Below, in pieces: positions 56,861-64,000 of a stretch of 64,000 nucleotides of DNA. The stretch lies in contig OY764265.1 in NCBI GenBank assembly GCA_963668355.1, forward strand, positions 2,304,001 to 2,368,000. Reading direction: 5' to 3'. Source of the DNA: Bdellovibrionota bacterium (GTDB lineage Bacteria; Bdellovibrionota_G; JALEGL01; DATDPG01). Every line of letters begins with the position of its first letter. The first letter of the stretch is position 1. Under the pieces are notes generated by a model. It was not told where the DNA came from and ran no database searches. It saw nothing but the letters and a program-made list of their open reading frames with translations. A program made the position numbers and the translations under genes.

Positions 56861-58389
56861 GCGGTCACTTGTTGAGTTGGGTCATTTTTCTTCCCCTTCT
56901 TTTCGCCACGGTTCTTCTTTGGATTCCGCGCCGCTTTGATCGAGCATTTTATTTTTTAGGCGTTGGAGCTTCGGCCCTTACGTTTGCTCTTTCTCTTCAC
57001 CTCTTTGGAGAGTTTATTCCGGGCGAATTCGGCTTTCAATTCCAAGAGCGGGTGGATTGGATTTCTTCCTTTGGCATTTCTTATTTTGTTGGCATCGATG
57101 GGGTTGGACTCGTTTTGGTGGTGTTGAGTGCACTCCTGACCTTGGTGGCCTTGCTTTCCACATGGACGGCGGTGAAGGCCAGAAGAAAAGAATTCGTCAT
57201 TGCATGTTTGGTCTTGGAAACGGCGATGATTGGAACGTTTGCAGCCATGGACGTTTTCCTCTTTTATGTATTTTGGGAAGCCGTTTTGGTTCCCATGTAC
57301 ATGCTGATTGGCGTGTTTGGCGGAAAACGGCGCATTTATGCCACGCTCAAGTTCTTTCTCTACACAATGGCGGGCTCTGTTTTGATGTTGGTTGGTTTGT
57401 TGACCGTTTATTCCATGCACATTACGCAGTTTGGGTTTGCCTCGACATCCATTCCTGATTTGCTTCAGGTCGGAATCACTCTTTCGGATCAGATGTGGTT
57501 GTTCATTCTCTTCTTCATTGCTTTTGCCATCAAAATTCCCATTTTCCCCTTTCATACTTGGCTGCCCGATGCCCATGTGGAAGCGCCGACCGCGGGAAGT
57601 ATTATTTTGGCCGGAGTTTTGTTGAAAATGGGTGGATATGGATTGATTCGATTGGCCATTCCTCTTTTTCCTTTGGCCGCGCATTTTCTTGCTCCTTGGA
57701 TTGCTCTTCTCGCCGTCGTTGGGATCATCTACGGAGGTTTAGTGGCACTGGCTCAGGAGGATGTGAAAAAACTCATTGCTTATTCCAGTGTGAGTCATAT
57801 GGGATTCGTCGTGCTGGGTTTGGCCTCTTTGAATGCGGTGAGCATGGGGGGGGCGGTCTTTGTCATGATCGCTCATGGAATAACGACGGGCGCGCTCTTT
57901 CTGCTCGTGGGAATGGTTTATGAACGTCGCCATACTCGATTGATGGCCGACTTTGGAGGCTTGGCGAAATCGATGCCTTGGTATGCCGCGGGCTTTTTAT
58001 TCATCACATTGGGTTCCATCGGTCTTCCCGGACTCTGTGGCTTTGTCGGGGAGTTTTTGGTTCTCAATGGTTCCTTCCATGCGTTGGTTCTAAAACATCC
58101 AGCATGGCTTGTCGGGTTTTCGGTATTGGGCATTGTCATTGGTGCGGGCTATATGCTCTGGATGTTCGAGCGGGTTTTTTATGGGCCTTTGAAATTTGAA
58201 GAAAACAAGAAACTACAGGATCTGAAGATTGTAGAAGTGGTTTCTTTGGTTGTTCCCATTGCACTAACCCTATGGCTGGGTGTGAGACCGGGTGTGGTTT
58301 TGTCTAGAATATCTCCGGCCATGGAAGAACTTTCGAATCATGTTCAGTCCCATGTCACGCGTTATGAAACCGGAAAGGAAGTGGAGTGA
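56857..58389 (+). CDS. nuoM: NADH-quinone oxidoreductase subunit M
   Basis: HTWLPDAHVEAPTAGS, LLKMGGYG; ATGA overlap with the nuoL stop. Confidence 0.96.
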   Translation: MSGHLLSWVIFLPLLFATVLLWIPRRFDRAFYFLGVGASALTFALSLHLFGEFIPGEFGFQFQERVDWISSFGISYFVGIDGVGLVLVVLSALLTLVALLSTWTAVKARRKEFVIACLVLETAMIGTFAAMDVFLFYVFWEAVLVPMYMLIGVFGGKRRIYATLKFFLYTMAGSVLMLVGLLTVYSMHITQFGFASTSIPDLLQVGITLSDQMWLFILFFIAFAIKIPIFPFHTWLPDAHVEAPTAGSIILAGVLLKMGGYGLIRLAIPLFPLAAHFLAPWIALLAVVGIIYGGLVALAQEDVKKLIAYSSVSHMGFVVLGLASLNAVSMGGAVFVMIAHGITTGALFLLVGMVYERRHTRLMADFGGLAKSMPWYAAGFLFITLGSIGLPGLCGFVGEFLVLNGSFHALVLKHPAWLVGFSVLGIVIGAGYMLWMFERVFYGPLKFEENKKLQDLKIVEVVSLVVPIALTLWLGVRPGVVLSRISPAMEELSNHVQSHVTRYETGKEVE

Positions 58390-59837
58390 TGTTCAACTTC
58401 TTTTCTCCTCAAGATTTCGTGGCACTCAAACCATTTTTTGCTCTGTGCATTGGCGCCATGTTTACGCTATTGGTTTCGTTGACGTTAAAAGGAGAGCGAG
58501 GCCAAAAGTTGATGTTACTGGTTGGCTTGGTTTCTACGCTCACCTCTTTGTACTTTTTTTCTGAACTGGAACTTCCGAGTTTGTTCTTTGGCCTTCAAAT
58601 GGTCGGAGATAAATTCAGTTTGGGTTTTGGCGTTGCCTTGCTGATTCTTCTTTTCTTATCCTTGCCCATCGTTTCTTTGGCCAAGGGGATGGATTCAACG
58701 CATTTGGGCGGCGTATATGGACTTCTGATCTTTAGTGGCGTGGGTGGTTTGCTCATGATCATGTCCAACCAGCTCATTCTGTTCTTTGTGGGCTTGGAGA
58801 TCCTATCCCTTCCCCTGTATGTGTTGACGGCCTTTGGGCGCAAAGAGGACCATCGGAGCGAAGCGGCCTTCAAGTATTTCATTTTGGGAGCTTTGGCTTC
58901 CGCACTATTTGTCTATGGGGCTGCATTGCTTTGGGGAGGCTTAGGAACCCTATTGATCACAGAGATGCCCTTGGCCATACGGGCGTTGGAGGGGGATGGT
59001 CAAGGAATGGTTCTCATGGGAGGCCTTCTCGTTTTTGTCGCGATCGGATTTAAATTGGGATTGGTTCCCTTTCACATGTGGTTGCCGGATGTTTACCAAG
59101 GTGCTCCAGCTTCCGTTGTGGCCTGGATGTCCGGAGCTGTAAAGATTGCAGCCTTTCCGGTGCTTTTAAGACTCTTTGGGCAAGGCCTCTTGGAGACCTC
59201 CTCTAATTGGCTATTGGTTTTTTCTTGGGTTGCTTGTCTGTCCATGCTGGTCGGGAGTTTGGCCGCCCTCAAACAAGTCGAGCTCAAGCGAATGTTGGCC
59301 TATTCCTCCATTGCTCATGCCGGATATGCTTTGATTGCAGTGATGTGCGCGTCCACAGGTGATTTGCAAATGTCCGGGGGAGCGCTGGTTTTCTATTTGG
59401 TTGTCTACGCTTTGGCCAGCTTAGCGTCTTTCGTTGTGGTCGCTCTGGAAGAACAAGAGGGTCGAAGCCGGGTGAAGGATTTGGCGGGTTTGGCGAAACG
59501 AAGACCTGCTCTTGCTTTTATTTTGGCCATTGCCTTGTTATCCCTCGCGGGGATTCCACCCTTGGGAGGATTCATCGGGAAATTCAATCTTTTCGCTTTG
59601 GCGGTGGTTCAACAATTCTATGCGGTGGTTTTCATTGCTGTGGCCACGTCGGTCATTTCCTTGGCCTACTATCTTGGAATCCTGGTTTCAGCCTATATGC
59701 AGGAGTCTGAAGCGTTCAAGTGTACGAGAATGAAATTCAGTGTTCGTTTGACCTTGGGGATTGCGGCGTTAGCGATTGTCTTTTTAGGGGTTTTGCCGGG
59801 CGATATCCTTTCCTTCCTCATGAATGTCATTCCCTAG
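58386..59837 (+). CDS. nuoN: NADH-quinone oxidoreductase subunit N
   Basis: EAAFKYF, PFHMWLPDVYQGAP and KRMLAYSSIAHAGY motifs. Confidence 0.96.
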   Translation: MMFNFFSPQDFVALKPFFALCIGAMFTLLVSLTLKGERGQKLMLLVGLVSTLTSLYFFSELELPSLFFGLQMVGDKFSLGFGVALLILLFLSLPIVSLAKGMDSTHLGGVYGLLIFSGVGGLLMIMSNQLILFFVGLEILSLPLYVLTAFGRKEDHRSEAAFKYFILGALASALFVYGAALLWGGLGTLLITEMPLAIRALEGDGQGMVLMGGLLVFVAIGFKLGLVPFHMWLPDVYQGAPASVVAWMSGAVKIAAFPVLLRLFGQGLLETSSNWLLVFSWVACLSMLVGSLAALKQVELKRMLAYSSIAHAGYALIAVMCASTGDLQMSGGALVFYLVVYALASLASFVVVALEEQEGRSRVKDLAGLAKRRPALAFILAIALLSLAGIPPLGGFIGKFNLFALAVVQQFYAVVFIAVATSVISLAYYLGILVSAYMQESEAFKCTRMKFSVRLTLGIAALAIVFLGVLPGDILSFLMNVIP

Positions 59838-60426
59838 GAACATGCCTGCCAATCTCCCAAAACTTGCGGTCTTGGCCTCGGGAGAGGGGAGTAATCTTCA
59901 AGCCATTCTGGATGAAATTGCGTGTGGAAAAATCCTGGCTCAAATTGTTTTAGTGATTTCGGATAAGAGAAAGTCTCGAGCTCTGGAAAGGGCTCGGAGG
60001 TCGGGGATTCGAGATCTCCACATTTCCAAAAGAGATTTTCCAGACCGCGAGCAATTTGATGCAAAAATCGTAAGTCATCTAAAGGCTGCCGAGGTGGATT
60101 GGGTGGTGCTGGCCGGTTTCATGCGGATCTTAAGTCCCGTGTTTGTCCAAGCCTATCCGGGAAGGATTTTGAACATCCATCCCGCCTTGCTGCCCAAATA
60201 CCCAGGGATTCATTCCATTGAGAGGGCGTATCAAAATCGGGACCCGGAAACAGGGGTTACAGTCCACTTTGTGGACGAAGGGGTGGATACGGGCCCCATC
60301 ATCTTACAGGAGGCCCTTCCGATTCATCCGGGAGAATCTCTTGAAGAGTTGACGGAACGAGTTCATGCGATAGAACATCGATTATATCCAGAAGCCATTC
60401 GAAACGTGTTGGCGGGTGAAAAATAG
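59824..60426 (+). CDS. purN: Phosphoribosylglycinamide formyltransferase (start may be 59842)
   Basis: SGEGSNLQA, LAGFMRIL, NIHPALLP and VHFVDEGVDTGPII motifs. Confidence 0.96.
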   Translation: MSFPRNMPANLPKLAVLASGEGSNLQAILDEIACGKILAQIVLVISDKRKSRALERARRSGIRDLHISKRDFPDREQFDAKIVSHLKAAEVDWVVLAGFMRILSPVFVQAYPGRILNIHPALLPKYPGIHSIERAYQNRDPETGVTVHFVDEGVDTGPIILQEALPIHPGESLEELTERVHAIEHRLYPEAIRNVLAGEK

Positions 60427-60428
60427 AC

Positions 60429-61907
60429 ATGAAGATTCGAAACTATGACGTGTGTGTGTTGGGAGACGGTTTAGGAGGTCTCATTTCTGCACTCATGTTG
60501 CAAAAACAGAGGGCCAAAGTCGCCGTCTTGGTCAGTCGAAACATGGGCTTTGATCCAACATCTTGTGAGTTTCTAAATGGTTTTACACTTAAACCAGTCT
60601 TGAAGCGCGTTGGATTTCATCCCACAGAAGTCAATGCCATTCCTCCATTGAATGCTCCCCTCCAAATCGTGTTTGCCGATCACCGTGTGGATTGTTACGG
60701 GAAGGAAGATCGTTTCGAGAGAGAACTGAATCGAGAATTTCCTCAGCGGGCGCCACAAATCTCTCAACTCTTTCGGGAAAGCTATGGGAGATTGGGTGTC
60801 TTCCAACATCTTTTTAATAGTCGGGTTCCTTTGCCTCCCAAAGGGATCATGGCGAAGCGCCAATTCAATAAACTTTTGGACCAATTGGTGGATGGTCAGC
60901 TTTTGGCAGATCGCCCTTTGAGCCAGGAGTTGAAAAGTTTTGATGTTGGGGATGATTTTTCAAGAGCCGTTAATGCCATGGAACTCGCCATGAGTCGTAT
61001 GATTACGCCTTGGACCAGCGGGGCTCGGTTGGCCCACTTGCTGACATTGGTGAGGTGGGAAGGTTACTCGGCTCCGGAGGGTGTTCGTTCCATTCGGGAC
61101 ATGTTGCTTCGTCGATTAAAAGAGCGTGGCGGGGTGGTTTTGGAGTACGACGAAATAAAAGAAATTGAACTGGAAAGAAACACGTTGGGAACCTTCCTGT
61201 TGAGTGGCGCTGAATGGGACGGCGTAGTTGCGGACACGGTACTTGTGGCGGGAGATCCAAGAGGGTTGATTGCTTATGCAAAAGAACGACGCCCTTTTCG
61301 AAAATGGATGAATGAGATCAATAAGCTTCCGATATACGCACGAAAAGTGTTTCAACGTTATCGAATCAGTGCGAAGGGCATCCCCATGGGGATGCAACAA
61401 CAAGGGTTGATTCTTCCAGATGCTCCCCCTTCAGAGATGGTAGACCGAAGAAGATGGGTGAGGGCGGTTCGTTATGTGGTTCAGCATTCCAGAGGAAATG
61501 GATCCGGACCGGAAGTTCATTTGGGTCTTACGGCCTATTTGCCTCCAGAGGGAGAGGGGCCAGGGAAAGGCCAAATTTCGGAAGAAATTCGGCGGAATGT
61601 TCAACGACTCATTCCGTTTTTGGAAGAACATCTTGTGGAAGAGCCTGAAGACCCGTTCATTCCGGACCCCGAAGGAAAGCCAGGGGATTTTAGACAGGGG
61701 CTGATTTATACGTCGAAAACACCCAGAACGTTAGGTGTGATGGGAGTGGAGATTGAGACCCCTTTGAAGAATACGTTTTTGGCAGGGGATATGATTTTTC
61801 CTGGATTGGGACTGGATGGAGAAATCATTGCAGGTCTGCAAGCTACCCACTACGTCGACGCCTATCTCAAAAAACATGGCCGCAAAGGCCCCAAACTCGC
61901 CCGCTGA
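60429..61907 (+). CDS. FAD-dependent oxidoreductase, phytoene dehydrogenase-like fold
   Basis: YDVCVLGDGLGG dinucleotide motif; C-terminal FLAGDMIFPGLGLDG. Confidence 0.7.
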   Translation: MKIRNYDVCVLGDGLGGLISALMLQKQRAKVAVLVSRNMGFDPTSCEFLNGFTLKPVLKRVGFHPTEVNAIPPLNAPLQIVFADHRVDCYGKEDRFERELNREFPQRAPQISQLFRESYGRLGVFQHLFNSRVPLPPKGIMAKRQFNKLLDQLVDGQLLADRPLSQELKSFDVGDDFSRAVNAMELAMSRMITPWTSGARLAHLLTLVRWEGYSAPEGVRSIRDMLLRRLKERGGVVLEYDEIKEIELERNTLGTFLLSGAEWDGVVADTVLVAGDPRGLIAYAKERRPFRKWMNEINKLPIYARKVFQRYRISAKGIPMGMQQQGLILPDAPPSEMVDRRRWVRAVRYVVQHSRGNGSGPEVHLGLTAYLPPEGEGPGKGQISEEIRRNVQRLIPFLEEHLVEEPEDPFIPDPEGKPGDFRQGLIYTSKTPRTLGVMGVEIETPLKNTFLAGDMIFPGLGLDGEIIAGLQATHYVDAYLKKHGRKGPKLAR

Positions 61908-61963
61908 TCCCTATCAAAAGTGAATCCCACTTTTGTGGCACAGTTTGTGATTTAGGGTTCGGT

Positions 61964-62671
61964 ATGTCCAGAGAAGATACCGAAAAACAAGGGGTTAAGA
62001 AGAGGTCGAGTCCGAAATCCATACGGCAATGGCCGGAATCCGAACGTCCAAGGGAGCGCTTACTGAAATGGGGTGCCGACCGCCTTTCCTCCGCGGAACT
62101 CATCGCTATTCTCCTGGGTTCGGGGGTGAAGGGAAGGTCTGCCGTAGAAGTCGCGCGGGATTGCCTCGATATTCCACTCCGGGAGATGTCGGCCGATCGG
62201 CTTTCGAGGATTTCGGGATTAGGGCCGGGAAAAATTGCCCGAATTATGGCCGGGCTGGAAATGGGCAGACGTCTTTTGGCCGAAGGCTCCGAAGAAGATC
62301 TTCGCCTCAGGTCGAGTGCTGAAGTGTACACATATGTTCGTCCTCAGTTCTTGGGAAGAAAGGAAGAGGTGTTTTCTGTTCTGTTGTTGGATACAAAGAA
62401 CCGGCCTCAAAGGATGATCGAAATTGCGCGAGGAAATGGAGAGTCAGTTCATTTTTTACTCGTCGATTTATTTCAAAAGGTGGTTCAAGAAAAGGCGTCC
62501 GCCCTCATCTGCGTTCACAATCACCCCAGTGGTGACCCCAAACCCAGTCCGGAAGATGAACATTTGACTCAAAAATTGAGAGAAGGGGCTCATATTCTTG
62601 GCCTTCGTTTTCTGGATCACATCATATTGGGACATTCATCATACTATTCCTTTGCAGATCATGGGGCCTAG
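61964..62671 (+). CDS. radC: RadC/JAB-domain protein (UPF0758)
   Basis: ERPRERL, ELIAILLGSG, HNHPSGDPKPSPED and LDHII motifs. Confidence 0.95.
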   Translation: MSREDTEKQGVKKRSSPKSIRQWPESERPRERLLKWGADRLSSAELIAILLGSGVKGRSAVEVARDCLDIPLREMSADRLSRISGLGPGKIARIMAGLEMGRRLLAEGSEEDLRLRSSAEVYTYVRPQFLGRKEEVFSVLLLDTKNRPQRMIEIARGNGESVHFLLVDLFQKVVQEKASALICVHNHPSGDPKPSPEDEHLTQKLREGAHILGLRFLDHIILGHSSYYSFADHGA

Positions 62672-62704
62672 TCCTTGCGGTTTAGAGGATCCCAGGGTAA
62701 ATAA

Positions 62705-63292
62705 ATGAAAATGACGCGATGGGTTGTTTTAGGTCTCTGTCTTTGTCTTATTGGAGGCCCCATTTCAGGGATGGAAGAAGGGGAGTCGCTGGATCTCGCT
62801 CTTTCGGAATTGATTGAGAATGAATGGGAACGAAATGACGGAGACCTCTGGAAAGCCGAAAAGTGGTGGGCGCCATCCAAAATTCCATTGGACACGCTTA
62901 CCCGAGTTAAAATTGCGGCACCAAAGTCCATAGAATTTTCCGAAGTGAGTTTGGTGACGACCCCAGAAGGAGAGAATGAAATTTCTTTGCTGGAATCCAC
63001 CTGGGGGGAGACCTTTCATTTCGAAAGGATTCAATACTCAAAAGGCCAGAAACGTTGTGAAAATGGGACTCCCTATATTCGAGTTCCTTGGAATTGTGGC
63101 ATCGCAGAAATGGACCAATACACGTGTTTTTTATGGGTCTTTTTTGTCGATCGAGACGAAGTAGAAATGGAACTTTGTTTTAAGCCTGACCTCGAACCGG
63201 AGACTCAAGATCGACTCGAACGAGCCCAATGCTTGGAGTATGTTCCCATCCCCAAACGTCAAAGAGGTACGCGTCTCCTTCCATTTCGATAA
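62705..63292 (+). CDS. Hypothetical exported protein
   Basis: Signal peptide-like N-terminus; several Cys; fills the gap between radC and relA/spoT. Confidence 0.55.
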   Translation: MKMTRWVVLGLCLCLIGGPISGMEEGESLDLALSELIENEWERNDGDLWKAEKWWAPSKIPLDTLTRVKIAAPKSIEFSEVSLVTTPEGENEISLLESTWGETFHFERIQYSKGQKRCENGTPYIRVPWNCGIAEMDQYTCFLWVFFVDRDEVEMELCFKPDLEPETQDRLERAQCLEYVPIPKRQRGTRLLPFR

Positions 63293-63314
63293 AAATTTCC
63301 TCGGACGAAGGGGA

Positions 63315-64000
63315 CTAAGATTTAACGCGTTCGACGGAGAGAATTCCTTTCATTTTCTCAATCGTTCTCATCAGAGTGTGTAATTGTTCAGAATCTGTAA
63401 TGAGAATGCTAAACATGTTGACGGCTTTTCGATCTTGCGTAGTCGTGATGGAAGCATGTGTGATATTTCCACCTTTTTGGGAAATGATTTTTGAGATTCC
63501 TGCCAGAATTCCGGGCGTGTCTACAGAAACGACTTTGATATTGATACTCCGAGTGGCTCTTCCGTCTTTGGCCCATTCAACATCGATCTTTCGTTCATTA
63601 TCGGTTTCGAGGATTTTATAACAGTCCGTTCGGTGGATGGTGATTCCTCGACCACGCGTAATGAATCCGAGAATTTTGTCTCCAGGGAGAGGATCACAAC
63701 ATTTTCCATAACGAACCATCACATCATCCATTCCACTCACACGAATGGGGGACTTTTTGGTGGGGATTACGCGATTGACGATGGTTTGGAGGACCCCAGG
63801 AGCTACTTTCCCTTTTCGTTCTTTTTCCGGAACCAAACGATCCACCAGATCATGTGGGCTGGCTTTGCCATAACCCAATGCCAAGAGGTAGTCCTCCGGT
63901 TCGCCGTATCCCAATTCGCTGACGGCCAGCTTGATTTTTCCCTCTTTCAACAGTTTGTCATACTTTAAGGAATGCTTTCGAAGTTCTTTTTCCAGAATTT
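63315..64000 (-). CDS. spoT: RelA/SpoT (long RSH) C-terminal part, 5' partial
   Basis: KCCDPLPGD..GFITRGRG..HRTDC (ZFD) plus ACT domain; frame open to the window edge. Confidence 0.9.
   Translation of the reverse strand, partial: ILEKELRKHSLKYDKLLKEGKIKLAVSELGYGEPEDYLLALGYGKASPHDLVDRLVPEKERKGKVAPGVLQTIVNRVIPTKKSPIRVSGMDDVMVRYGKCCDPLPGDKILGFITRGRGITIHRTDCYKILETDNERKIDVEWAKDGRATRSINIKVVSVDTPGILAGISKIISQKGGNITHASITTTQDRKAVNMFSILITDSEQLHTLMRTIEKMKGILSVERVKS

Noticed and set aside
61934..61950. sigma54-like TGGCACAGTTTGTGA upstream of radC
   Set aside because: The -12 dinucleotide is GA and no IHF or UAS context was seen
61964..62671. radC as a mobile-element marker
   Set aside because: Full-length chromosomal type among housekeeping genes, with no integrase or cargo nearby
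87..63968. Many 60-243 aa antisense or alternate-frame ORFs in the track (e.g. 3471-4085, 14293-15024, 43761-44393, 56956-57684)
   Set aside because: They overlap well-supported genes and carry no recognisable motifs; shadow ORFs
1..64000. CRISPR array, tRNA, rRNA, transposase, prophage or defence system
   Set aside because: No repeat-spacer periodicity, cloverleaf, rRNA-like sequence or relevant protein motifs were recognised

Overview
Bacterial chromosomal window. Protein families and gene order suggest a deltaproteobacteria-like organism (Bdellovibrionota/Myxococcota neighbourhood); this is inference only. 1-13.7 kb: distal S10, spc and alpha ribosomal operons (partial rplW to rplQ, with secY, adk, map, rpoA; infA absent), then a TlpA-like thioredoxin, a DUF62 SAM hydrolase/halogenase-family gene and fabD. 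15.7-42.3 kb: an accessory block with a 12-gene type IV pilus/T2SS-like operon and 13 signalling genes (4 histidine kinases, 2 sigma54 enhancer-binding proteins, REC, PilZ, GAF and Hpt proteins). Five canonical sigma54 -24/-12 promoters and one variant can be read directly from the DNA, with IHF-like boxes and two classes of palindromic upstream sites. Inside this block is a 345-bp non-coding element (29334-29678) with terminal inverted repeats, a TAA duplication and four interlocked (pseudoknotted) internal helices; it is the most unusual feature seen. 42.3-64 kb: miaB, DUF151 nuclease, gamma-carbonic anhydrase-like protein, cNMP-binding protein, an archaeal-type GAPDH-like gene, a stand-alone PcrA-like tudor miniprotein, DJ-1, a Ser/Thr kinase fused to an extracytoplasmic zinc-metallopeptidase-like domain, a complex I operon lacking nuoB/D/G/I, purN, an FAD oxidoreductase, radC and the 3' end of relA/spoT. 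No rRNA, tRNA, CRISPR array or transposase was found. All calls come from reading motifs by eye; no database searches or folding programs were run.
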